A DNA stretch of 64,000 bases from Chloroflexota bacterium (GTDB lineage: Bacteria; Chloroflexota; Limnocylindria; Limnocylindrales; CSP1-4), in contig JBHORC010000024.1 of assembly GCA_042408445.1 (NCBI GenBank), forward strand, positions 44,092 to 108,091, read 5' to 3'. Both the position numbers and the translations under genes were made by a program. The stretch's first letter is position 1. The number at the start of each line of letters is the position of its first letter. This document shows, piece after piece, positions 39,932-48,513 of this stretch. The notes beneath the pieces are model-generated. The model saw nothing but the letters and a program-made list of their open reading frames with translations. It ran no database searches and was not told the DNA's origin.

Positions 39932-40998
39932 TCGCGGTCGCGGGGGGCGGACCACGGATCCCGAACGTCGAGCGGATCGCCGTCCTCCGCGCCAACGCTC
40001 TCGGTGACCTCGTCGTCGCCCTGCCCGCGCTCGAGGCGCTGCGAGCCGCCTACCCGGACGCCGAGATCACGCTCCTCGGCCGGCAGCACCACGTCGCGCT
40101 GCTCGGAAGCCGCGATGGTCCCGTCGATCGGGTGATCCCGCTGCCGGACGGCGCGATCGGCGACGAAGGGCGCGAGGATCCGGACCTGGATCGGGACGCG
40201 CTCCTGGACGATCTCGCCGCGCGCGGCTTCGACCTGGCGATCCAGCTTCACGGCGGCGGCCGCAACTCGAACCGGTTCGTGCGGGGGCTCGGCGCGCGGG
40301 TCACGGCCGGCAGCCGGACGCCGGACGCGCCCCAGCTCGATCGGTGGATCCCGTACGAGCACTACCAGTGGGAGATCGCCCGGTATCTCGAGGTCGTCGG
40401 CCTGGTCGGGGCGGCGCCGGTTGCGATCGAGCCTCGGCTCGACGTCACGGACCATGACCGGGCGGCGCTGGACCGCGAGCTGCCGGGCGTCCGCGGCAGC
40501 CACCCGATCGTGATCCATCCCGGGGCGAGCGATGCCCGGCGGCGCTGGCCGGTCGAGCGGTTCATCGAGGTCGTCACGGAGCTCCGCAGGCTCGGCCGCG
40601 AGGTCGTGGTCACGGGCACCCGCGACGAGGCCCACCTCGTCGAGCCGATCGTCGAATCCGCGACGGAGGGCACGACGGCGGCGCTGACGCTCTCCCTGCC
40701 GGCCCTGCTCGCGCTCGTCGCGAGCGCCGATCTCGTCGTGTCGAACGACACCGGACCGCTCCACCTCGCGATCGCGGCCGGGACGCCGACCGTGGGTCTG
40801 TTCTGGGTCGGCAACCTGATCAACGCCGGGCCGTTCTCGCGCCGCCGCCACCGTCCCTTGCTGTCATGGCGGATGCTCTGCCCGGTCTGTGGAGCGGACG
40901 CGTCCGTCGAGCGCTGCGAGCACAACCCCTCGTTCATCGCGGAGATCCCGGTCCGGTCCGTGATCGATGCGGCCACCGACCTGCTCCGCGTACGATGA
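39928..40998 (+). CDS. GT9-family heptosyltransferase-like glycosyltransferase (third copy), apparently lacking a canonical start codon
   Basis: RIAVLRANALGDLVVALPALEAL, SNDTGPLHLAIAAGTPTVGLF, C-x2-C-x8-C tail. Only in-frame candidate start near the expected N-terminus is CTG at 39928, overlapping the upstream TGA. Confidence 0.7.
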   Translation: MIAVAGGGPRIPNVERIAVLRANALGDLVVALPALEALRAAYPDAEITLLGRQHHVALLGSRDGPVDRVIPLPDGAIGDEGREDPDLDRDALLDDLAARGFDLAIQLHGGGRNSNRFVRGLGARVTAGSRTPDAPQLDRWIPYEHYQWEIARYLEVVGLVGAAPVAIEPRLDVTDHDRAALDRELPGVRGSHPIVIHPGASDARRRWPVERFIEVVTELRRLGREVVVTGTRDEAHLVEPIVESATEGTTAALTLSLPALLALVASADLVVSNDTGPLHLAIAAGTPTVGLFWVGNLINAGPFSRRRHRPLLSWRMLCPVCGADASVERCEHNPSFIAEIPVRSVIDAATDLLRVR

Positions 40999-42929
40999 CC
41001 CCACCGACGCCGAGCCTCCCGAGACGCCGCGCCCCGGACCGCGAGCCCCTGATCGCGGTGATCATGCCGACGTACGCCCAGGCCGCGTTCCTCCCGCGGG
41101 CGGTGTCGAGCCTCCTCGCCCAGACCGAGACACGCTGGCAGCTGTGCATCGTCGACGACGCGTCGCCGGACGAGACCGCGGCCCTCGTGACGCCGTACCT
41201 CGCCGACCCCCGGATCCGCTACATCCGCCGTCCGTCGAACGGTGGCGTCGGCCGCGCGCTCAACGACGGGCTGGACGCGACCCAGGCGCCGCTCGTCGCC
41301 TATCTGCCCTCGGACGACGTCCTGCACGCGGACCATCTGGCGACCCTGCTCGCGACGCTCGGCGACGATCCGGCGGTCGTCATGGCGACGACGGGCGTTC
41401 GCCACCACTACAACCGGGATGCCCTCGACACCGTCGACGGCTGGCCGCAGCTCGTCCAGGTCCTCCATCGGCGCGTTCCCGAGCGCTGGGTCGAGCGCGA
41501 CGAGCTCGTCACCGACGATCTCGACCGGATGTACTGGTCTGCCGTCCGGCGTCACGGCGACGTCCGCCAGACGGGTCGGGTGACGTGCGAGTGGGTCCAT
41601 CACCCCGACCAGCTGACGCACCTGATCCGCGAGCCGCTCGGCGGCATCAATCCGTTCCGCCAGCGGTTCGGCATCAGCCATCCGCTCCGGTTCGAGACGA
41701 CCGTCGGCGATCCGATCGACGAGGTCGCCCGATACCGGCGGTTCCGCGACCGCCCGCCGACGCCGATGGCACCGGACGGGCTCCGGATCCTGCTGGTCGG
41801 CGAGCTCTCCTACAACCCGGAGCGGATCCTCGCGCTCGAGGAACGAGGCCACCGGCTGTTCGGGCTCTGGACGCCGGATCCCGCCTGGTACACGGCCGTC
41901 GGCCCGGTCCCGTTCGGTCACGTCCAGGACGTCCCGAGCCACGACTGGGAGACCGCGGTCCGCGAGCTCCGGCCGGACGTGATCTACGCGCTCCTGAACT
42001 GGCACGCCGTGCCGTTCGCCGCCGAGGTCCGCCGGCGCCTCGCCGACATCCCGTTCGTCTGGCACTTCAAGGAAGGTCCATTCATCTGCCGCGAGCGCGG
42101 GACGTGGAGCGACCTCGTCGAGCTGACGGACCGGTCGGCCGGCGTCATCCACTCGAGCCGCGAGATGGCCGACTGGTTCGCGACGTTCCTGCCCGACGCG
42201 AACGATCCGCGCCGCAGCCTGGTGCTCGACGGCGACCTGCCGAAGGCCGAGTGGTTCGAGGGGATCCGGCCGTCGCCGCGACTCTCGGCGGCCGACGGGG
42301 AGATCCACACCGTCGTCCCGGGCCGCCCGATCGGGCTGCATCCCGAGGACGTCGCCGCGCTCGCGGGGGAGGGGATCCATCTCCACTTCCACGGCCAGTT
42401 CACCCACGGCCAGTGGCGCGAGTGGATCGAGCGGAGTCGCAGGCTCGCGCCACGTCACCTCCATCTCCACCCCACCGCGGGCCAGGAGGAGTGGGTCGCG
42501 GTCTTCTCCCAGTACGACGCCGGCTGGCTGCACGTCTTCGAGTCGACGAACGGCGGCGACCTGGCTGCGGCGAGCTGGGACGACCTGAATCTCCCCGCCC
42601 GGATGGCGACGCTCGCGGCGGCCGGCCTGCCGATGATCCAGCGGCGCAACGACGGCTCGACCGTGGCCATCCAGACCGTCGCGCGGGAGCTGGGGATCGG
42701 CGTGTTCTTCGAGCGGCCGGACGAGCTCGCGGCGACCCTCCGCGACGAGGTGGAGATGCGGCGCGCGCGGGCCAACGTCACCCGCCACCAGGCGGAGTTC
42801 ACGTTCGATCACCACGCCAACCGGTTGATCGAGTTCTTCCGGCGGGTGGTCGACCGGCCCGCGTCGTCCTCCGAGCTGTCCCTGGGCGCGATCGCATCGC
42901 CCGCGGCGGGCGCGACCGCCGCGTTCTGA
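40994..42929 (+). CDS. Dual-domain glycosyltransferase: N-terminal GT2 (GT-A) plus C-terminal GT-B-like Rossmann domains
   Basis: N-terminal LIAVIMPTYAQAAFL...CIVDDASPDE...LPSDD (GT2). C-terminal approx. 400 aa with Rossmann-like ILLVGELSYNPE and second-lobe pattern. Confidence 0.6.
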
Positions 42930-42980
42930 GCGGCGGCTGTGCGCGGACTTCTGGTCGCCATTGCCCGATATCGTTCGCGG

Positions 42981-43625
42981 ATGACGGCTGACGACGCAGC
43001 ACGCGCCACCCGCACCGCCGGCGTCGTCCTCGCCGCGGGCGCGGGCTCCCGGTTCGGTGGCGGGAAGCTGCTGGCGGAGCTCGACGGCGAGCCGATCCTC
43101 CGGCACGTCGTCTCCGCAGCGGTCGCCGCCGGCCTCGACCCGATCGTCGTCGTCGAGCCGCCCGACGGCAGCGTGGGCGATCTGGATCTCGGGCCCGTTC
43201 GACGGATCGTCAATCCCCACCCCGAGGAGGGCCTCTCGAGCTCCGTTCGGCTCGGCCTCCGTGGGCTCCTCGACGACGAGGACGTGGAACAGGCCGTGAT
43301 CCTGCCTGGCGACCAGCCGCGGGTTCGGCCCTCGACGATCCGCGCGCTGGTCGACGCATCGGACGAATCGCCGCGGACGCCGTTCGTCGTCGCCCGCCAC
43401 GACGCGGACCGGACGCCCAACCCGGTGCTCGCGCGCCGTTCGATCTGGCGACTCGCCGACGAGATCGCGGGCGATCGCGGCTTCGGGCCCGTGCTCGGTG
43501 CGCACCCGGAGCTCGTCCGCGAGGTCCGGATCGAGGGCGCGAACCCGGACGTCGACACGGCCGAGGACCTGCGCCGGCTGTCGGGGCCGATCGAACCCGC
43601 CGCCGGCGGGCGCGACGTATCGTGA
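42981..43625 (+). CDS. MobA-like nucleotidyltransferase (candidate molybdenum cofactor cytidylyltransferase MocA, or a sugar-phosphate nucleotidyltransferase)
   Basis: GVVLAAGAGSRFGGGK P-loop-like motif of the MobA/MocA/IspD NTP_transf_3 family. Confidence 0.55.
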   Translation: MTADDAARATRTAGVVLAAGAGSRFGGGKLLAELDGEPILRHVVSAAVAAGLDPIVVVEPPDGSVGDLDLGPVRRIVNPHPEEGLSSSVRLGLRGLLDDEDVEQAVILPGDQPRVRPSTIRALVDASDESPRTPFVVARHDADRTPNPVLARRSIWRLADEIAGDRGFGPVLGAHPELVREVRIEGANPDVDTAEDLRRLSGPIEPAAGGRDVS

Positions 43626-43630
43626 GGCGA

Positions 43631-44478
43631 TGACCACCGCCAGCGCCGCTCAGCTCGAGGCTGCCTGGGCCGAACGCGTTCGGGCCAATCGCGAGCAGGT
43701 CGACCGCGTTCGGGAGCTGCCGGACCGCGACTTCTACGCTCCCGTCTCGTCGCTGTTCATCGCCGACGCCCACCGCCGGGGCGAGGAAGCGCTCGACGCG
43801 CTCCTGGCGATCACCGAGTCGGGCGATCGGTGGCTCGACATCGGCGCAGGCGCCGGCCGCTATGCACTGCCGCTCGCGCTGCGCGTGGCCGAGGTGATCG
43901 CGGTCGAGCCGTCGGCCTCGATGCGCAATGCCCTGCGAACCGGCAAGGCCGAGCACGGGCTCGCCAATCTGCGGATCGTGCCGGCCGCATGGCCGGCGGC
44001 GCTGGAGCAGCTGGGGACGCCGCCGGTCGCCGATGTCGCGTTCGTCGCCCACGTCGGGTACGACATCGAGGAGATCGGGCCGTTCCTCGACGCGATGGAG
44101 CAGGCGGCATCACGCCTCTGCGTCGCGATGCTGACGGACCGCAGTCCGGCGTCGGTCGCGGACCCGTTCTGGCCACTGGTCCACGAGATGGAGCGCGTCC
44201 CGCTGCCGGCGCTCCCGGAGCTCGCGGAGCTGCTCCGCGCGCGCGGCCGCCGGACGGAGATCCAGCGCGTCGAGCGGGCGCCGCGGACGTTCGACTCCTT
44301 CGACGGGCTCGCGACCTTCATCCGCCGCCAGCTGTGGATCCGCGACGACGGCGAGAAGGAGCAGCGGTTCCGGATCGCGCTCGCGGCGATGGCCCGCGAA
44401 CGCGACGACGACGGCTGGACGCTCGCGACGCCGCCGGTCGGCGCGATCGGCATCCTGACCTGGGAACCGCTCGGCTGA
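43631..44478 (+). CDS. Class I SAM-dependent methyltransferase
   Basis: Motif I WLDIGAGAGRYALPLA, followed by acidic residue motif VIAVEPS. Confidence 0.65.
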
Positions 44479-44493
44479 CAGAGGAGGAGTCGC

Positions 44494-44994
44494 GTGTCCA
44501 TCGCCGATGCCGTCGCCGGCGCGACCGTCTACCTGACCGACCATCCCGATGAGGCCCGCTACCGCGACTCGGTCGCGACGGCGCGGATCACCTCGGGGCT
44601 TCGCGCCGAGGTCCGGGGTCCGGGCGGCGAAACCGTCGCGGCCGACATGCCGACCGGCATCGGTGGCACCGCCTCCGCCCCGTCGCCAGGCTGGCTGATG
44701 CGAGCCGCGGCCGCCTCGTGCGTCGCTGCGCTCATCGCCATTCGGGCTGCGGCCACGGGCGTGGCGCATGGTGCGATCGAGGTCGCGGTGGACAGCGAGT
44801 CCGACGACCGCGGCATTCTCGGCCTGGACGAGGCGATCGACGCCGGCGCGCTGTCGATGGCGGTCGTCGTCTCCGTCGACGGGGTCGCGGATCACGAGGC
44901 TCGATCCCTCGTCGACTGGGCGGTCGCGCATTGCCCGGTCACGGACACGATCGCGAGGGCGGTCCCGATCGCCGCCGAGGTTCGCGCAGCGTAG
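44494..44994 (+). CDS. OsmC/Ohr-family protein
   Basis: approx. 165 aa with OsmC-like pattern including conserved Cys pair (ASCVAAL...AHCPV). SD GAGGAGGAG before GTG. Confidence 0.7.
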   Translation: MSIADAVAGATVYLTDHPDEARYRDSVATARITSGLRAEVRGPGGETVAADMPTGIGGTASAPSPGWLMRAAAASCVAALIAIRAAATGVAHGAIEVAVDSESDDRGILGLDEAIDAGALSMAVVVSVDGVADHEARSLVDWAVAHCPVTDTIARAVPIAAEVRAA

Positions 44995-45038
44995 GTTCGC
45001 CAGTCGGCTCGGCTCGGGGCTGGCCCGTGTTTCGGGCC

Positions 45039-45068
45039 TTGACATGTGACTCGACGGTCACATAACAT
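45039..45068 (+). promoter_or_regulatory. Putative promoter with operator palindrome: TTGACA, TGTGAC-tcgacg-GTCACA, TAACAT
   Basis: -35 TTGACA and -10-like TAACAT separated by 18 nt containing a perfect 6-6-6 inverted repeat. ATG of the ArsR-AHSA1 gene 7 nt downstream (near-leaderless). Confidence 0.5.
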
Positions 45069-45074
45069 CGCGAC

Positions 45075-45863
45075 GTGGACGAGATGGCGGCGGTCTTCCG
45101 GGCGCTGGGCGATCCCAGCCGGCGGCTGCTCCTCGATCGGCTGTTCGATCGCGACGGACAGACGCTCGGCGAGCTGGCGGCGCATCTGCCCGGCATGACG
45201 CGCTTCGGCGTGATGCGCCATCTCGATGTCCTCGAGGAAGCCGGCCTGATCGAGACGCGTCGGGTCGGCCGCGAGAAGCACCACTTCCTGAACCCCGTCC
45301 CGATCCGGCTCGTCGCCGATCGCTGGATCGGCAAGTTCGCCGAGCCGGTGGTCGGGCGGATGGCCGCGATCAAGCACGACCTGGAGGCACCCTCGATGCT
45401 CGCACCGGACCATGTCTACTCGGTGATCATCCGCGCGACGCCCGACCGGATCTGGCGGGCGATCACGGACGGGGTCGAAACCGAGCGCTACTACTACGGC
45501 ACGCGGGTCGACTCGGACTGGTCGCCGGGCGGCCGCGTCATCTACACGTATCCGGATGGTTCGGTCGCGGCCGACGGCGAGGTCGTCGACATCGAGCCAG
45601 GCCGCTCCGTGACGATGACCTTCCACGCCCGGTGGAGCCCGGAGATCGAAGCCGAGGGTCCCGTCCGGATGACGTGGGCGGTCGAGCCTGCTGGCCCGGG
45701 TGTCTCGAAGCTCACGGTCGTGACGTCCGGGATGCGCGAAGGCGGCGTCGTCCAGACGGAGTTCGGCGGCGGAATCGTCTTCATCGTCTCGGGGCTGAAG
45801 ACGTACGTCGAGACGGGGGAGGCGATGGCGGCCGAGCCGGACGCGGTGGCCACGGGAAGCTGA
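45075..45863 (+). CDS. ArsR-family HTH fused to SRPBCC/AHSA1 (activator of Hsp90 ATPase-like) domain regulator
   Basis: N-terminal FRALGDPSRRLLLDRL...LAAHLPGMTRFGVMRHLDVLEEAGLI. C-terminal AHSA1-like approx. 150 aa. Confidence 0.75.
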   Translation: MDEMAAVFRALGDPSRRLLLDRLFDRDGQTLGELAAHLPGMTRFGVMRHLDVLEEAGLIETRRVGREKHHFLNPVPIRLVADRWIGKFAEPVVGRMAAIKHDLEAPSMLAPDHVYSVIIRATPDRIWRAITDGVETERYYYGTRVDSDWSPGGRVIYTYPDGSVAADGEVVDIEPGRSVTMTFHARWSPEIEAEGPVRMTWAVEPAGPGVSKLTVVTSGMREGGVVQTEFGGGIVFIVSGLKTYVETGEAMAAEPDAVATGS

Positions 45864-45896
45864 TCGCGATCGCGGGCGTTTGCGCTTGCCCCGCCC

Positions 45897-46059
45897 TGTT
45901 GGCTCGTGACCAACAAGCGTCGAACGGGCATCGCGGCTGCCGGGGGAATCACGTCGCCGCCCGATGCTAGTTGGCGCGAGACCAACGGACGTCGACCCGA
46001 GAGCCTGTCGGCGTGATCCCGGCGGCCGACGATCGATCGTTGTTGGTTGTGGCCCAACA
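45897..46059. repeat. Three palindromic sites (T)GTTGG-N7-CCAAC(A) at exact 72-bp spacing within a 540-bp non-coding region
   Basis: TGTTGGctcgtgaCCAACA (45897), GTTGGcgcgagaCCAAC (45970), TGTTGGttgtggcCCAACA (46041). Centres 72 bp apart. Flanking sequence weakly similar (CGTCGA core). Confidence 0.55.
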
Positions 46060-46166
46060 CCGGCCCGCTCGCGAGTCGCGACCGACGAGCAGCGGGTGCT
46101 CGTTCCGTCGGCCGGCCCGCGGACTCGACCTGACATCGGCTCTCCCGGCGGACGCGACGAGCGGTC

Positions 46167-46255
46167 CCTGCTCGCACCGTCCGCCGAGTGGCCTTGCCGC
46201 CGCCGGGACGAGCCGTGCCTGCTCTCATCGTCCGCCGAGTGGCCTTGCGGCCGCC
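46167..46255. repeat. Imperfect tandem direct repeat, approx. 50-bp period (CTGCTCnCAnCGTCCGCCGAGTGGCCTTGCsGCCGCCG)
   Basis: Two approx. 38-bp near-identical cores 50 bp apart, in the same non-coding region. Confidence 0.5.
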
Positions 46256-46399
46256 GATTCCGACGGCTCGAGCGACGCAACGAGCACGGGCCGCTCACGC
46301 CCCGCGCCGCCGTGCGGCGCCGAGCGGTAGGGACCCCCGCAGACACGAAGCGACCGGGCCTGCTCGGCAGGCCCGGTCGCAACGCTGCCGCAGCGGCGA

Positions 46400-46738
46400 C
46401 TACATGATCCCGATGACGTGGCCCTCGGGATCGGCGAACAGCGCGATCGTCGTCTGCGGCGCGACCTCGGTGAGCGGCATCAGGACGCGGCCGCCCTTCG
46501 AAGCGACCTTGTCGAGGACGCCCTGCGGGTCGTCGCTGTGCACGTAGAACGTGACGCCCGCCGGCTGGCCTTCCGGCGCGCCGCCGATCCCGCCGGTGAT
46601 TCCGTCGCCCTGGCGGTACATGCCGTACCCGCCCGGGTTGTTCGTGTCGATGCTCCAGCCGAAGACATCCCGGAAGAACTCCTGGAGCTTCGCCCCGTCC
46701 TTGCCGGTGACCTCGACGTGTACGACCTGAGCTCCCAT
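46400..46738 (-). CDS. VOC-family (glyoxalase/bleomycin-resistance fold) protein
   Basis: 112 aa, beta-alpha-beta-beta-beta pattern with HVEVTGKD / FYVHSDDPQG. Confidence 0.7.
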   Translation of the reverse strand: MGAQVVHVEVTGKDGAKLQEFFRDVFGWSIDTNNPGGYGMYRQGDGITGGIGGAPEGQPAGVTFYVHSDDPQGVLDKVASKGGRVLMPLTEVAPQTTIALFADPEGHVIGIM

Positions 46739-47063
46739 CGGAACCCTCCTCGACTGTGGCTCTGGCGGCGTGCCTCGTCCGCCCTGTCAATCGATCGACG
46801 AACGGCCGGCCGCCGAATCGACAGGGCCCGGACGGGGCCGAGCAGAATCGCCGCCCTCGGACCCCGCGCGCCCGAATCCAGTTGACCCGTCACCGATCGA
46901 CGGCGCACACTTCGAGTGCGGACCCCCGGACGAAATCGAGCCCGTCACAGACTCGACCTCCGTCGGCCCGATCGTCGAGATCACGCTGCTCGTCGAGCGC
47001 CACCGGGTGCGAGGCGAGCCGTCGAGCGCCCCGCGCGTCAGGGGCGGAGGAGGACGGTCGCGC

Positions 47064-47933
47064 ATGATTCCCGCAGCCTTCGACTACGTCCGGCCACCGG
47101 ATCTCGACGCCGCCCTGCGGGTCCTCGCAGAGCGCGAGGGTGAGGCGAAGCTCCTCTCGGGCGGGTACAGCCTGCTGCCCCTGCTCAAGCTCCGGCTCGC
47201 CCAGCCGGCCGTCCTCGTCGACCTCCGCGACGTCGCCGGTCTCGACGGCATCACCCGGCGCGACTTCTTCTCGATCGGCGGCCGGGCAACGCATCGGCGG
47301 ATCCACGAGGACGAGGCGCTCGGCGCGGCGTGGCCCGTCATCCACGAGGCGGCCGGCGGGATCGGCGACCCGCAGGTCCGCAACTGGGGGACGATCGGCG
47401 GCTCGTGCGCCCACGCCGACCCGAGCTCGGACTGGCCGGCCGTGCTGCTCGCTCTGCGCGCGGACCTGGTCTGTCGCAGCGGGTCCGGCGAGCGCGTCGT
47501 CAAGGCCCGCGACTTCTTCCTCGACACCTTCACGACCGCGATCGAGCCGACCGAGGTCCTGACGGAGGTCCGGATCCCGCTCCCGAACCCGCGGACGGGC
47601 AGCGCCTACCGCAAGCTCGAGCGCCGAGCGGGCGACTTCGCGACGGTCGGGGTCGCTGCGACGCTGACCCTCGCCGACGACGGCACGATCGCCGCGGCAG
47701 GAATCGGGCTGACGGCCGTGGCCGAGACGCCGTTCGCGGCGACCGACGCCGAGGCGGCCCTCGTCGGCCACGCGCTGACCGATGACACGTTCCGCGCGGC
47801 GGGTGCCGCCGCAGCCGCCCAGAGCCGGCCCGGCAGCGACAGCCACGGACCCGCCGAGTACAAGCGGGCGATGGTCGCCGAGATGACGGTGCGGGCGCTG
47901 CGGGCCGCAGCCAACCGGACGACCGGCGAGTAA
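47064..47933 (+). CDS. coxM: Carbon monoxide dehydrogenase medium subunit, FAD-binding; form I cluster
   Basis: MIPAAFDYVRPPDLDAAL..., LSGGYSLLPLLKLRL. First gene of M-S-L order typical of form I. Confidence 0.85.
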   Translation: MIPAAFDYVRPPDLDAALRVLAEREGEAKLLSGGYSLLPLLKLRLAQPAVLVDLRDVAGLDGITRRDFFSIGGRATHRRIHEDEALGAAWPVIHEAAGGIGDPQVRNWGTIGGSCAHADPSSDWPAVLLALRADLVCRSGSGERVVKARDFFLDTFTTAIEPTEVLTEVRIPLPNPRTGSAYRKLERRAGDFATVGVAATLTLADDGTIAAAGIGLTAVAETPFAATDAEAALVGHALTDDTFRAAGAAAAAQSRPGSDSHGPAEYKRAMVAEMTVRALRAAANRTTGE

Positions 47934-47948
47934 CGGAGGCGATCGAGC

Positions 47949-48497
47949 ATGACCACCCAGCACGTCTCCGTCACGGTCAACGGCGAGGCCCATGAGGCCG
48001 ATGTCGAACCGCGCCTCCTCCTCGTCCATCTCCTTCGCGACGTCTTCGGCCTCACCGGAACGCACGTCGGGTGCGACACGAGCAACTGCGGCGCCTGCAC
48101 GGTCCACGTCAACGGCCAGAGCGCGAAGTCCTGCACGATGCTCGCGGTCCAGGCCGACGGCGCCGAGATCCGGACGATCGAGGGCATGGTCGACGGCGCC
48201 ACCCTCCACCCGCTCCAGCAGGCCTTCTGGGACCAGCACGGTCTCCAGTGCGGGTTCTGCACGCCGGGGATGATCATGCAGGCCGCCTGGCTGCTGGACC
48301 AGAACCCGAAGCCGTCCGAGCACGAGATCCGGGAGGGGATCAGCGGCAACCTCTGTCGCTGCACCGGCTACGTGAACATCGTGAAGGCGATCCAGCAGGC
48401 GTCGGGCCAGCTCGACACGGGCCAGGCGGCGCCGGTCGTGGCTGCCGAGACCACCGACGGACAGGCCGTCTCGGCCGAACCGGCCGCGGCCGGTTGA
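47949..48497 (+). CDS. coxS: Carbon monoxide dehydrogenase small subunit, [2Fe-2S]; form I
   Basis: [14 protein letters not shown] and CGFCTPGM...CRCTGY iron-sulfur motifs. Confidence 0.9.
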   Translation: MTTQHVSVTVNGEAHEADVEPRLLLVHLLRDVFGLTGTHVGCDTSNCGACTVHVNGQSAKSCTMLAVQADGAEIRTIEGMVDGATLHPLQQAFWDQHGLQCGFCTPGMIMQAAWLLDQNPKPSEHEIREGISGNLCRCTGYVNIVKAIQQASGQLDTGQAAPVVAAETTDGQAVSAEPAAAG

Positions 48498-48513
48498 GCG
48501 GGGAGCAGCAGCG

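Noticed and set aside
30258-44478. Interpretation of the heptose genes as ordinary LPS inner-core biosynthesis
   Set aside because: No Kdo transferase, lipid A (lpx) genes or outer-membrane genes are present in 64 kb. The gene content looks actinobacterial (MshA/MshD-like). This cannot be fully excluded without the rest of the genome.
45897-46059. Possible CRISPR array suggested by regularly spaced repeats
   Set aside because: There are only three units. The repeats are 17-19-bp palindromes rather than 28-37-bp repeats. The spacers are partly similar to each other. No cas genes are present in the window.
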